64,000 nucleotides of DNA from NCBI GenBank assembly GCA_964016885.1, contig OZ024741.1, positions 44,826,001-44,890,000 on the forward strand. Reading direction: 5' to 3'. The notes under the pieces were generated by a model. It ran no database searches. It was not told where the DNA came from and worked only from the letters and a program-made list of their open reading frames with translations. This stretch comes from Eledone cirrhosa. Its lineage: Eukaryota. Positions within the stretch are counted from its first letter, which is position 1. Every line of letters starts with the position of its first letter. The position numbers and the translations under genes are program-made. Positions 40,068 through 54,587 of this stretch are shown in pieces.

Positions 40068-40784
40068 CAGATGAAATTATTCATGAATTAATTGAAACAT
40101 TTAAAGAAATATTATCAACGGCTAAGAGGTGGACATTTTACCAAATGGAAGAGTTATAATTACTGGATGAATAGATATATTGTGAGTGTTCGTGAAATCT
40201 GAGCGCTGATATCGAAACGGTATGTAACAGAAAGAACAGAAAGGAAGTATTGCTTGAGGAACCGAACATTGAAAGAAAATAAATTCGAACCAAAGTTCAT
40301 GCATTGATTAGTGAAACGTAAAGAAATAGAAATAAATTATAGACAAAATAGATTAAGAAAAACTTATACCAAATGGTTAGAGGCGCACTGTCTAGTTGTT
40401 GAAAATAAATATGTAGGCCTACGATCATTCGAATGAAGTAATTGATATATGAACGTGAAAACAATGTGAGGAATGATATAGCTATGTCGTAAAGTAGGGT
40501 TAGATATATGTGCTAAAATAATTAGATGGGAAATATGGAAAAAAAGCTGGAAATCACTTCGGAAAAATAGTTGCAAAAGCAATTATGAAATTAAAGTGCA
40601 TAGGAAAGATAATAAGGACACCACCATGTATGTATGCATATATACACACATACCTACCTTGGCCTATATATATATATGTATACATTGTGTCCCAAAGAAA
40701 TATATAAACACTTCAACAGCATTCTAATTAATAATATTGACTGTAAAGATACTCAGTGTGTATACATTATTTGAGCCACCCTGA

Positions 40785-40816
<32 letters not shown>

Positions 40817-40849
40817 GTATATATATATATGTATATATATATCTATATA

Positions 40850-40982
<133 letters not shown>

Positions 40983-40985
40983 GTA

Positions 40986-41034
<49 letters not shown>

Positions 41035-41039
41035 ATGTA

Positions 41040-41166
<127 letters not shown>

Positions 41167-41466
41167 ACACGCACATATTTTATGCTGACATACAGTAGAT
41201 AAATGCGAGATTATATACACATCCTTTAACCTCTTGATTCAGGAATATGAATATGTCACCTACAGTTTGGAGAATTTGAAGAGTGTTTTAAGTAAGTTTA
41301 AGTACTGGGAATTACCGCACTTAATCGATAGAATCAATAAATTTACAAGAGTCAAAGTAAGCTAACAACAAACAGAAAGAAAACCATATTACCATTAGTG
41401 TAATTAGATTATGTAGTAATGTTTTTCTCATGACTTGTTTGCTAAATTAGAGCTACAAATAATAAT

Positions 41467-41646
41467 TGGTTCTACTTTTGGCACAAGGCCAGCAATTACT
41501 CAGTGCATTACTGGTACTTTATTTTATCCCCGTAAGGATGAAAGGCAAAGTTAAGCTCGGCGGGATTTGAACTCAGACTGTAAAGGGACATAACTATGCT
41601 AGACAGCATGGCGTCCAACCCTCTACGGATACTGCCAATTCACCGC
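41467..41646 (-). mobile_element. SINE with 14-bp TSD
   Basis: CTACAAATAATAAT at 41453-41466 and 41647-41660. Confidence 0.9.
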
Positions 41647-41846
41647 CTACAAATAATAATAATGTCTAATAACACTCTGGTTGGCTTCCAAGAGCAGTGA
41701 AACAATATACAGCAGATATCAAATAATCTTGAAAAAATATATTTCGAAAGATATTTAGACCTTCATTGCAACTTAATATAAAACATTGGACTGTGTGTAG
41801 CATGGGAGAGTTTGGCTAATTTTCAATATGTTTGTAGAATAATAAT

Positions 41847-42148
41847 TGTTTCTACTTTAGGCACAAGGCCAGCAATTACCCAGTGCATTACTGGTACTTT
41901 ATTTTATCGACCCCGTAAGGATGAAAGGCAAAGTCAACCTCGGCGGGATTTGAACTCAGATCGTAAAGGGACGTAACTATGCTGGAAAGCATGGCGTCCG
42001 ACCCTCTACCGATACTGCCAATTCACCGCCCTCACCTGTTTGTAGAATAATAATGATTTCTATTATAGGCACAGTCAGCAATTGTTATTGGCGGGAAGGC
42101 AGTTATATGTTATCCGATGCTCTACCGATAATGCCAATTTACCACCCT
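41847..42148 (-). mobile_element. SINE with 18-bp TSD, followed by an older degenerate copy
   Basis: TGTTTGTAGAATAATAAT at 41829-41846 and 42037-42054. Confidence 0.9.
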
Positions 42149-43346
42149 TGTTTATAAAATAATAATGCTAATGCAAAGAATGGTATTGAATTAAGTTCCA
42201 CGTTACTTAAAAATCATTAATGTAAATACAATTTAAAAATTAAAGTTTAAAATGGGAAAGATTGCTGGGTCTTAGTGTTGGTATTGATTTGAATCTTTTC
42301 TGTTTATTCCAATAATTTTTTTATTGCAATAATAGAATCATTAAGAGAGAGTAAGGCAAACATATGCTGGTCACAGCTGATAGGAAATAAAAAATAAAGC
42401 ATTTGAAAGAAGAACGGATTAAAAATAAATAAGCATTGGAATTCAATCTGAAAATGTTATGATTGGTCAATAAAAAACGTGTTAACCGGATTCTAAAATA
42501 GCAACAATAGCTTACTGTAGCACAATCATTGAATGGAAAATCAAAATATATTGGACGCTAACATATTCAAAAACACCACAATTTCAAATTAAAATAATGT
42601 AAGCCTATACTGTATATTATATTGTAGGTGGAAACATATGAAAGAAGACAATATCAACATCGATAGGGCGTTATGTGGAGCGACTGCTTTGTATAAATAT
42701 TATAACGAGACAAAATATAATGAAAATAAAATGAAAGTAGGGTAATTTTCTGCTGTTACATAATTGATTTCATATAAAGTTCAGCATTCTTTCTAAATTC
42801 AATATATCATAAACATTGTTCCAATCATGTTTTCTAACACAAGAATAATGGCAAAAACAACATAATTCCCGATTTATTGATTTGCAGAATCAGTCACATT
42901 TCACCTTCGAGGAGAATTGTTTTACAAAAGAAGGTGTATCAGTGCAGCTGCAGAGTAATATAGAAGGATATTATATACCATAATGGCAGGAGTTAATTCA
43001 ATGTTGAAAGATAGTGATGAATGTAATACAATATTAAATATACAATATTTTCACAACTATATAATCACACTTTAGTAGTTATCATAATTCCTTCGTTCAT
43101 ATCTAATACATAAAATATTATATTACATGGCGTTGATATAAAAAGAACAATATTTAGTACTAGTGACTATATGCCGTCAATAACGATAATAGAGTTAAAT
43201 AAACTTAGTCCTGTTAGTGTGAAGGTGAAACCTCAGAGTAACAAATCTCGCCACATAAGCACAATAAAGAATAAATATACATTGTTTTCCGGTTCATCGA
43301 CAGAGTTTGAACAAGATGTTCCTCAGAACTAACCAAACGTACATAT

Positions 43347-45627
43347 TGTAGTGACCTACTTTCCGCGGGCTCACATACATTCTCCGTGTGTTATTTGGCT
43401 CAGCCCAGCCAATGACCGCCAGCGGAGGAGAGTGTATCTCTACGCGCCCCGAGGGAAAAATTCCCGCGTCCATTCGAGAATTCTCTCTCTTGCATCCTGA
43501 CTGTGAAAAGGTAAACAACTAACTTTCTTTCGCCGTGAAATCATTAGCCAATATGTAACACAACAACTTAACCACGGCCTGGCAACACTTCAGCCAGTAT
43601 ACCGTGCCTTCTGAATTCTTAATTCGTTTGTTTTATCTCTCTTGGCATGCCAGCTCTACTCAGCTCAACTTGTTAATAAATAATGTAAAACAAGACAAAG
43701 TCGTTGTCGACGTTCTTACCACATCTTTCTACCGAACTGGTTACTCGTGGCGCTATTAGCTCTAACATATCTTAACTGCTAAATTGGTGACCTGGCGTGA
43801 GAATAGTTTAAATACAAAACATACCTTTTAAAATTAAAAAAATTAGCAGTATTTAAAAAAATGTTTCGACACGAGGAAATTTCAAAATGGCTACCACCAA
43901 GTACTTCTCTACTATCAGCCATCAGCAGCAACTGACGCAGCATAGTGACACCTTTGTGGTTATACCGCCGCGACTAAAACCACAATGAATAGCAGTCACC
44001 TAAAGCTCCTGGTAAAACATTTACCACAGCTTCGATACTGCTGCAAGGACAAGTTCGGCGCCATCAGCAGCAGCGACGACATTGGTTAACCACTGACCAT
44101 AGACAACTCATAGTGAATTCGACTTCGATTATACAGAGGCTTACTGTGATTTCGTTTCGATAACAACAACAACTCTACTAGTTTCCTAGTAAGAGCGATC
44201 CCAAAGAAATTTTAAGGAAAAGAAAAAGCGAACTTTTTGTTAAAAAACAATTCTTTCTTTCTTTCCTTTTACAGGCAATGTTCGGACATTTATTCTTTTA
44301 AAACTGTATTATATGAAAATTCATTTTTTTTCTCTCTATTATTGTATATATGACATATACATTTTCTTTGCTGTTTACATGCCTGCATATGCACACACAC
44401 ATTTCTTTGACACACACCAACATGTTGTTGTCCTTAGTATATGATATTCAAACATCGTAATATTCTGCGAGATCCCTTCTCATCTTGTGGACGTACCAAA
44501 ACATGCTATCGATACTTTGCAGCTTAATTCACCTGCACCGCAACACGAGAATGCTAATTGCAGCTGGATTCAAACAGTTAGCATCTCGTTGCACACTCAT
44601 CGTCCATTAGCATAACAATCTCCATCTTGTTACTTTACCCGACTCACTGGGAAAACAACAAATGGAACTAGACCCGCCAGCATTTATACCATTTCTATGG
44701 ATTCGCCAGAATCATGGAATTTACATTTCAACTACTACCCACCTACCGATTCAACTTGCTTTTTTATTTTCAAAAATGAACCAGCCATTTTTTGCTGGCT
44801 CCCTAACACTTTCGGCAATACATCTGGGAGGCCGACATTTTCTCGCTTGCCCATCATCTTCTTGCCAGCACTGGTAAACTACCATAACAGCTTCACCCGC
44901 AGTTACTGGTTCAACACTTACCATTAACATTTAATGTAAGAACAGCAACTTCGCCCATGTCAGACTTTATCCGTTTTCTGTTAGACTCCTGGTGTTCACA
45001 TATAAACAATGAAACAGCTAGTCATTTGACACAGCGGCTCAACACGACCCTTGGCGCCTCATTTTTCTTCTTGCATGCATCCTTTTCACTTTGCATGCAT
45101 CATTTTCACTGATGTGGTCTTTCAGCATTTTTCCCTGCTGATTCAATAATCTGTATCGTCTTACGACTAGGTGGGGAGTATTGTAGTGCCCTACATTCCG
45201 TGGGATCACATAATTCTCCGTGCGTTATTTGGCTCAGCCCAGCTAATGACCGCCAGCGGAGGAGAGTGTATCTCTACGAGCCCCGAGGGAAAAATTCCCG
45301 CGTCCATTCGAGAAATCTCTCTCTTGCATCCTGACTGTGAAAAGGTAAACAACTAATTTTCTTTCGTCATGAAATCATTAGCCAATATGTAACACAACAA
45401 CTTAACCACGGCCTGGCAACACTTCAGCCAGTGGACCATGCCTTCTGAATTCTTAATTCGTTTGTTTTATCTCTCTTCGCATGCCAGCTTTACTCAGCTC
45501 TACACAGCTCAACTTGTTAATAAATAATGTAAAACAAGCTATAGTCGTTGTCGGTCTTCTTACCACATCTTTCTACGGAACTGGTTACTCGTGGCGCTAC
45601 TAGCTATAATATATCTTAACTGCTAAA
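43347..45627 (+). mobile_element. Non-autonomous Gypsy-type LTR retrotransposon
   Basis: Direct repeats 43347-43783 and 45182-45627 starting TGTAG; PBS-like TGGTGACC at 43785; PPT AGGTGGGGAG before the 3' LTR; ATAT on both flanks; weak gag-like PFLWIRQ remnant. Confidence 0.9.
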
Positions 45628-45775
45628 ATATTATTAAAGCCAGTTACTACAACCGCGATATAAAAGGCGCCATTGAAGTAACTGGCTTTAATAATTATAT
45701 ATATATACATACACACAAACACACGAACACACACACACACGCACACAGACACACCCACACACCCACACACACAAA

Positions 45776-45876
<101 letters not shown>

Positions 45877-45878
45877 TA

Positions 45879-47183
45879 GGTATAGGATTATCCAAGATGC
45901 AGTGATGGTTAATTACTACACTAGATATGGTTGACGTACGGTAAGAGGTTACTCTACGAGTTATGGAAGAATTGTTCAAGAAACTTAGTTCCTGATCCTT
46001 CAGTATTCCGGAGTGTATATAAAGAATGAATAATAACAGGTAGACATCATAAAAAGGTAGTTTATTCCGTGTGCTTACAAGTGTTTCCACGGTGGTACTG
46101 CAGCCTAGTTCCGCTACGTGCAAATTCACAAGTATTTGCAGAACTCGAATATCCAATGCTGTGACCACTGTTTCCTCAGAGCAGAATGGTAAATATACAA
46201 TGTAAAAACCCTTAAGTGGGGTTGTTGGGGAAGATAGAGTGGAACAGGAAGAGAGAAAAGTAGGGAAGATGGAGAGAGAAGGAAAGATATGCAGGGGTTG
46301 GAGAAGTAGGAGAGAGTGGCTTGTAGATATCTTAATCAAAATAATATGGTAGGGGTTTTATTAGTTACTTTTGGAGAGATGCGTAGATAGTTGAGGTCGG
46401 AATTATTTATTGCCCCAGAGGTCAAGTTCATAGATGTTGAGAGGGAGGTACGTCAAAGGTGAGAGAGAGAGAGTGTAATGGATGTAGAGATAGATATATA
46501 GGTAGAGAGGGGACAGATAAAGTATATGTGGTGAGTGAACTTTTGGTTTTGTAGTAGTAATCTAGGAATTGTACTGAGTTACCATGTATAGTGATAAGCA
46601 GTGTATTGTCTTGTAGTGTGGGGGAGAAGAGAAGGTTGTTAGCTAGAAAGTGGTGTTGTAGTTACGGGTTCAAATGTTAAGTTATTTTATAGTGAGAGAA
46701 TTTAGCTTTTAGTTTGTGGTTGCAGTATAATGATCGTTCAATTCTATCGTTAAGTAGTTTGTTTTTGGATTTTAGTATGTAAAATAGCTCAAGGTTACAT
46801 AACCTGCAGTACTTCAAACCACTCCGATATGCATTTGCGCTGGAAAGTATGTCCCATTTTAAGGTGAACTGTTGGTTGTGTTCACGGAGTTGCCAGGTCT
46901 TGTTGGCGAGCGTGGTCACAAAACGGTGATTCTGATGTTTGATTGAGAATCGATGACGGTACCAGCGAGATTTAAACGATGTGGTGGTAGATCCGATATA
47001 ATACCATTTCTGGTCGTCCGATTCAACCGTGCATTGGTAAACAATGTTGGACTTTAGGCATTCATTCTGCAATGGACATCTTTCAGGTAGATGGCAGTTA
47101 CATGCTTTGTTGTGGGTAGCGGGTATACCATGGATAGGTTGTGATAGCGGTACAGGTGGGTTGTGCAATATCCGTCTCCCATT
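45879..47183 (-). mobile_element. Penelope-like 3' fragment: open GIY-YIG domain + 3' region
   Basis: CNCHLPERCPLQNECLKSNIVYQC..YYIGSTTTSFKSRWYRH..CRLCNLE..LLND..CNH, stop at 46677. Confidence 0.95.
46072..46183 (-). ncRNA. Hammerhead-like motif with long branched stem II
   Basis: Mirror of 48046-48157. Confidence 0.6.
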
Positions 47184-48213
47184 ATTGTTTACCAATGCAC
47201 GGTTGAATCGGACGACCAGAAATGGTATTATATCGGATCTACCACCACATCGTTTAAATCTCGCTGGTACCGTCATCGATTCTCAATCAAACATCAGAAT
47301 CACCGTTTTGTGACCACGCTCGCCAACAAGACCTGGCAACTCCGTGAACACAACCAACAGTTCACCTTAAAATGGGACATACTTTCCAGCGCAAATGCAT
47401 ATCGGAGTGGTTTGAAGTACTGCAGGTTATGTAACCTTGAGCTATTTTACATACTAAAATCCAAAAACAAACTACTTAACGATAGAATTGAACGATCATT
47501 ATACTGCAACCACAAACTAAAAGCTAAATTCTCTCACTATAAAATAACTTAACATTTGAACCCGTAACTACAACACCACTTTCTAGCTAACAACCTTCTC
47601 TTCTCCCCCACACTACAAGACAATACACTGCTTATCACTATACATGGTAACTCAGTACAATTCCTAGATTACTACTACAAAACCAAAAGTTCACTCACCA
47701 CATATACTTTATCTGTCCCCTCTCTACCTATATATCTATCTCTACATCCATTACACTCTCTCTCTCTCACCTTTGACGTACCTCCCTCTCAACATCTATG
47801 AACTTGACCTCTGGGGCAATAAATAATTCCGACCTCAACTATCTACGCATCTCTCCAAAAGTAACTAATAAAACCCCTACCATATTATTTTGATTAAGAT
47901 ATCTACAAGCCACTCTCTCCTACTTCTCCAACCCCTGCATATCTTTCCTTCTCTCTCCATCTTCCCTACTTTTCTCTCTTCCTGTTCCACTCTATCTTCC
48001 CCAACAACCCCACTTAAGGGTTTTTACATTGTATATTTACCATTCTGCTCTGAGGAAACAGTGGTCACAGCATTGGATATTCGAGTTCTGCAAATACTTG
48101 TGAATTTGCACGTAGCGGAACTAGGCTGCAGTACCACCGTGGAAACACTTGTAAGCACACGGAATAAACTACCTTTTTATGATGTCTACCTGTTATTATT
48201 CATTCTTTATATA
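47184..48213 (+). repeat. Inverted duplicate (1030 bp) of 46016-47045
   Basis: Mirrored coordinates sum to 94229 at both ends and at ORF boundaries; translated ORFs are identical. Confidence 0.97.
48046..48157 (+). ncRNA. Hammerhead-like motif with long branched stem II
   Basis: TGCT-CTGAGGA-aACaGTGGT-[~67 nt with AGTTC/GAACT and TGCAAAT/ATTTGCA]-ACCACcGTg-GAA-AC-actt-GT-A-AGCA. Confidence 0.6.
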
Positions 48214-48435
48214 TATATATATATATATAAGTATGTGTATACGTACATACATATATGCATACAGACGTACGGTAGTATGTATATACATACTTATATGCAC
48301 ACATATATATATGTACGTATGGGTTTACCGAACATTTATTATAATGTTCGGTTTGTTTGTAAACAAACAACCCGAATTAAGCCGTACAGTGTTCGGCAAC
48401 CATCGATGCCCTTTTGTTTAACACTGACAAAGGAA

Positions 48436-48476
48436 CGATGAACTAGTTTCTAGCTTATTAGCTGTCATCAGCACCG
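48436..48476 (-). ncRNA. Minimal type I hammerhead ribozyme (family D)
   Basis: CGGTG-CTGATGA-cAGCT-aata-AGCTa-GAA-ACTAGT-T-CATCG. Confidence 0.8.
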
Positions 48477-48661
48477 TATACCTTCCTGTCAGTCGATTGA
48501 ACGTTTGAAAGTATAAACTTTCATCGTATAAACTTTCATCATTCCTTTGTCAGTGTTGAACAAAAAGGCAACAATGGTTGCCGAACACTGTACGGCTTAA
48601 TTCGGGTTTTTTGTTTACAAACAAACCGAACATTATAATAAATGTTCGGTAAACCCATACG

Positions 48662-48767
<106 letters not shown>

Positions 48768-49013
48768 TGCATGTATGTATGTATATACATACTACTGTAC
48801 GTCTGTATACATATATGGATGTACGTATATATACTTATATTTAAGTATCAGCCGCACTAAGAGTGGGAAATGAAATTTCATTTTTTCCATTTATCGTTTT
48901 CGGTACGCCTGGCCGACTAACTCACTCGATATGCAAATTAGGCTGCTCAGCCGTTAATATGCATATGGAAAGTATATACTTTCAAACGTTCAATCGACTG
49001 ACAGGAATGTATA

Positions 49014-49054
49014 CGGTGCTGATGACAGCTAATAAGCTAGAAACTAGTTCATCG
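49014..49054 (+). ncRNA. Minimal type I hammerhead ribozyme (family D)
   Basis: CGGTG-CTGATGA-cAGCT-aata-AGCTa-GAA-ACTAGT-T-CATCG; palindromic stem III. Confidence 0.8.
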
Positions 49055-49370
49055 TACGGCTTAACTCGGGCTGTTTGTTTAATAAATGTTCGGTAAACCC
49101 ATACGCACATATAAATATATATATATGTGCATGTATGTATATATATATACATACTAGTGTACGTGTGTATACATATATGTATGTACCTATACATACTTAT
49201 ATTTAAGTATCAGCCGTACTAAGAGTGAGAAATGAAATTTCATTTTTTCTATTTATATATATACACATATATATATATACACACATATATATATACATAT
49301 ATATATATATGTATATATATATATGTATATGTATTTATATACATATGTATATGTACATATGTATATGTAC

Positions 49371-49427
<57 letters not shown>

Positions 49428-52400
49428 CACAAAACGTTTGGTTCATTGTCCCCTTTTCTCTTTTGCATCACCCGGTCAAATTCCACTACACTTGTCACAC
49501 TTCTATGACATATTTTCTAATCTCATCTCTTCCTCACACTAAGCCTATAAAATCCCAAAGCACTTGTCATATAATCTCGGCATCATAATTCCCATTTTCT
49601 TTTTCCTTCCTATCTCTCGTCACTCACTCTACTTGCTCCCGAGTTACTATCATTCTTTTGCACCTAATCATATAATCATTGTATCCATCTATAACCACTC
49701 ACACTAGTATATCTTATTTAGCATCCGTTTACCACTTCAATCATAGCTCTCTATTATATGCTGTCATCATCATTGTACCACAGGTGTCTCACATGCGATT
49801 TCCCTCTTACATCACCCCTAATATCCTACTGCATTTGTTATATATTATGATACCATACTTGTCATAATCCCTCCCCACCCAACGATTCTCACTCAACCTT
49901 CACATAATACCAATTATTCGGTTCACCCCCACCCCCCACCCCCGAACATGTTTTAGTTAATACAGGCCATCATCTCTCTACCTCAAATGAGAGAAGGAGC
50001 TCTTCAGTTGAGTCAATAACTGATAACCCCTCTAGTGTTGGTTCCACGAGAAATTTAACGAGTACATACTGTAATGAGGTTGTCGTTAGAACTGCCATCC
50101 ATCTGTAGGAAAGTTTACCAAACAAATTTTATTCAGTACGCTCTGTAATATGGTTTGTGATAGGAAAAGCATACATAAAATGCTACTGAACAAAGGGTCA
50201 AGATAAATCTTCATTTATATTAAAGGCATGGCATTCTCCCCATGATATTGTTACGATAAAATGCATTACACAAACACACATGACATTATTATAGTAATTG
50301 TTAATGTAAATTAATGATTAGATGCATACAAACGTCTCAAACTATCTGCTGTTATGTAGATATAGAATGTGAATTTAGCTGGGTTTCATGTCACATTTCT
50401 CTCTGCTATTTGTCATTCATTTCTCCGAGTTACTGTAATTGTTTTATGTATATTTAATAATCACTTCTAAGATGTCTGGAAATAAATTCAAAAGTGTCCT
50501 CAGTTGTTTAAACAAAATATCTAAGCTCTATGAACTTGAATCTATGTAAATGACTAAACACATCACCGACATACATTACAATTTCAACGAGTGTCTATAA
50601 ACTGTCTCTAGACATCTGTTTTTTACTGTCTAGACGCACTTCAGCTAGGATTGAACAACAAATTATCAGCCAAATATTACCATTAGAGACCATTGTTTTT
50701 TAACTAATACAGATATGAATCAGTATCACATCATATATAAATTAATTACTTCAAGTCAAATATTACTTAAGAGTTTAATATTAATTGGCACTCCTCACAT
50801 TTCAGGTCGACTAACACGTTCCTTATCATTGTATACCGGTCGGGTCCGTGGCTGGTATTCAAATAATTATTTGATGATATCAGGAAGTTTAATTTGTATA
50901 GTTGAGTTCCTACACAACGGGATGAAATACCAGTTCATGCAAATAAATTCCATCGCTACACGGTTTAATAATACATTGAGCTGAGGTAAAGCTAATTGTT
51001 TGAAGAGACATTTCGCAGTTCTTCTGAACATTTATCTTAAGCTTGGTTGAGAATGTATTTGATAACTGTAGTCTTCATCTCTAACTTCAGGTGAGAAAAC
51101 ATGGGATAAAACATATTACCACAGGATTACCAGTATAGTGTAATGGTTTTCTTCAAATCCTAGTATTTATCTGTTAACTTATTTTATCTGCGACAAGACG
51201 GTGTCTTAACTCACAAACGGTTAAGGAAGGGATAGTGTCTCATGCATAATTTCGTCAAATTTCTGAATAATAATTTTACATATTCACTTGATAATTAATG
51301 AAATAATAAATTTTTATAGAAATGCAGAAACACATTTCTCGTAGCATTTTAAAATTTGAATAAATGAATTATGATAGATAGAACTGCTGAGTTTGTCAGC
51401 AATTATAGTAATTGGCATATTTCTTATCAATGTCATCTTAATTATATCAAAAATGTTAATATGATTTTAATTAGAAAGTAAAATAGAAATAAGTAAATGT
51501 AAAATTATTAAAGCTAAATAACTAACTTATTTTCTCCATGCTAAAATATCTTCAGGTTATAAGATAATTTAATATTTAAGATAAGTAGAACTTTTATAAT
51601 ATATAGCAAATATTAGCATCGAGTTAAACAGATTAAGATAATATACAGACTGTCATTCTATCATAGTTACAGAAATTTATTAATATTTGTTTACCGTAGA
51701 AATCTGTAATTAAACAAATAGCAGCTCCTGCGAAAAACAGTTCATCTTAGCGGAAATCAGATCCGAATATTTTCGATGTCATAATATACGAAATTTCGAA
51801 CTTGTAAAAAAATGTCTAAGAGTTAAATGTTTCAAATTTTGCTTACGTAAGGGGAATCTATAAAACTGTAACATTATCTCTATCAGTTGTTGCATAACGT
51901 CTTAACAGAAAGATACAATTAATGAGTGCATCTAATATAGATGACTTTCTGCAGTTCTATGTGACACATAGTGTCCAGAAATAATTGAAATAGAAGCATG
52001 GATAAACTGAAAAACAGTTATAGTGTGAACAATGTCGTTGTGGTTATGGCAGCAGTCAGACCATTTGCGCACTAGGCACAAACTATTTGACGCGTTTCCC
52101 ATAATCAGCACACGAAATGCTATGAGTACTGAAACTTTTCTAAGATGTCCCCGAACAGGATAGAACCTGAAACCAGATCATTCCGAAGTAGACTTCTTAA
52201 TTATATGTTCATGTATGGTGACTAGAATCACATAACTTCGTAAAACACATATTTTGTATGAGGAAGATATACTAATATATGAAAATTACTCTAGAAGTGG
52301 GCTCTGTATTTTCTCCTTCCAGGACCGATAAAATAAAGAGCTAAACAAATACTGCGGACAATATAACTTGCTTTCCATTTCCCCGAAATTGCTGACCTTG

Positions 52401-54338
52401 CACCAAACGTAGAAACGATGATAACCCAGAATATAATACACAGATGTTCCTATAATATTTAGTCGGAATATAAAAAGAGAGTGTGCCCAAGTGGACAGAT
52501 TTTTCGTTCTGAATAAATGAAGTAAATGCATTCCATATTTTAAATTGTGAACATTGGTATATGTAGATACGGCGTAAATTTATGAATTAATTTTAAGGTA
52601 ATGAAACTCTGAAGACGGCTAAAGTTTCAGATATGACAGCTAAGGCGTGAGAAGTGTTGTAGAAAATGATAAACACATAATTCAGAAGGATTGGAACTAT
52701 TTTTGTAATAGTTGAATAATAGTAGCCGACAGCATGGGCTGATATTGAAGTAGATGACCAGTTATTTTAGAGATTTTCCAGAAATTTCTTAATCGAAGAA
52801 GCTGAAAGGCTTCGGTATTGGAATGACATCGCGACATCTAGGAATTGCCTGGATGTTGTACGACAGAATGTTTTCAAAGATGAGTTTGCGTTTTAGAAAG
52901 TGCTTATTTTTGTTCCTACAAAATATACCAGCAACCATTCGAAGCAACATCTTAAATTTTAACGTCTAAAATATTGTTTTGGCACGTAGAAGGAATCCAA
53001 AATTCATTATATTTTCTTCACTTTAAGAAATATTACAGTCCTCCATATTAAAAACATTTTTAAATGCTTAAGATTATTCATTGGAGAGATGGTGTGTTAT
53101 ATCTAGTAACAGGATGTCTAAAAGAGACATCATATTGTCCGTACAATTGGATGTTGATGCGTGCTTCAAACCAATTTGATTAGAATTAATTTTGTGTTCA
53201 GCGGTATCACCATATGCATTCTGTTTTCTTTTATATTAAAATATTGTATACTTTGTATTTACCTTTAATTGGTTATGATATATCCACTTAAAATCATTAG
53301 GCAAATTGATGGAAACTTATAGCTATAATTGCAACAAAACGTAAATTGCATGGCAATTTAAAGGACTAAAATTAATAGGAAATGTAATAGCAATTAATAG
53401 AATTCAATTAAATTCATTATACTGCCGTAATAATGCATATCAAACAGAATGATCAAGAGAAAATATTGTAATAATTTCTATTTAAAATGTTTGGCAAATA
53501 AAAATGGCCGACCACATAAAATCATTGGCTCATTACTAGTAGAGAAATACTGACGAATGGATCCCCCTCGATTCAATGATGCGTGTGACAGCTGTTGGAT
53601 CGAAGGAATAGCCTAATATTGAAATTAACAGACAAGTCACTGATTACTCAACAGACAAGTGTATACTTACCATAATTCTCGGATGGTTTTTGCGTGACAT
53701 ATTCTTTCAAGACAGGGCACTGGAATTACAGATGCCATCCATTCGACGGACTTCCAAAATATTTTCTTCCCGTAAATTTCATACACTAAGATTGTGACCG
53801 AAGGCTGTGATATATGATGTCTCCCCAGGATCCCACCTACTAGGATTTAATCTGGGATATCATGTTTGCGATGCGGACTTATGATTAGAGATATTATCTC
53901 CAGAAAGAAACACAATTAAAGCTAATATTTCTGGTGTTTCAGGGTATTCGGATATGACGGACTCTACAGTTAAATTTTATCTGGAGTATTATAATATTTA
54001 CAATAGTAATAAATGGAAAATGTCAATATAGCATCATATTTATTTCATTATACATATTTCAAGGATACTAAATTATAGCATGCTTTCATCAGATAAAATA
54101 AAATGTATATGTATCTCTCTCTCTCTTACTCTCTCCCCCTCTCTCTCTCTCTTCTCTCTCTCTATATATATATAAAATTAGGATTGGTGCTCTGAAATAG
54201 CGATGTATACATGAATATATGTATAGTATATTTGTCAATATACTGTATGCTTAATTAAAAACATTCTGAAGACTTTGCGCTATTATTCTAAAGTAGTGAC
54301 TATATCTCTTACTTCTTTTTTCAACAAACAAAGGGAGA

Positions 54339-54384
54339 TAAGCTTACAGATCTGTTTCACACTGTTGGTGATCATCTGAGCTCA
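54339..54384 (-). ncRNA. Hammerhead motif (family E), CAGATGA core
   Basis: TGAGCT-CAGATGA-tCAC-caaca-GTGt-GAA-ACAGATCTGT-A-AGCTTA. Confidence 0.7.
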
Positions 54385-54541
54385 GCACTCACCGATGTTT
54401 GTTGAAAATTATAGATGCTGGATTCCTATAGAATTCCAGTAATAATCAGGAACTGATTATACAGAGCGATTGCCGGTCCAGCTAAAATTGAAAATTGGGA
54501 TTGGTGCTCTGAAATAATTTTCAACAAACATCGGCGAGTGC

Positions 54542-54587
54542 TAAGCTCTGATGATCACCAACAGTGTGAAACAGATCTATCAGCTTA
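54542..54587 (+). ncRNA. Hammerhead motif (family E)
   Basis: TAAGCT-CTGATGA-tCAC-caaca-GTGt-GAA-ACAGATCTAT-C-AGCTTA; 6-bp stem I. Confidence 0.8.

Noticed and set aside
46677-47276. 199-aa ORF as a standalone nuclease gene
   Set aside because: Its N-terminus is antisense sequence from the other arm, and the listed start is not an ATG; it is a chimeric product of the fold-back.
50700-53500. Possible host exons
   Set aside because: No coherent ORF or splice pattern; more like decayed LINE sequence.
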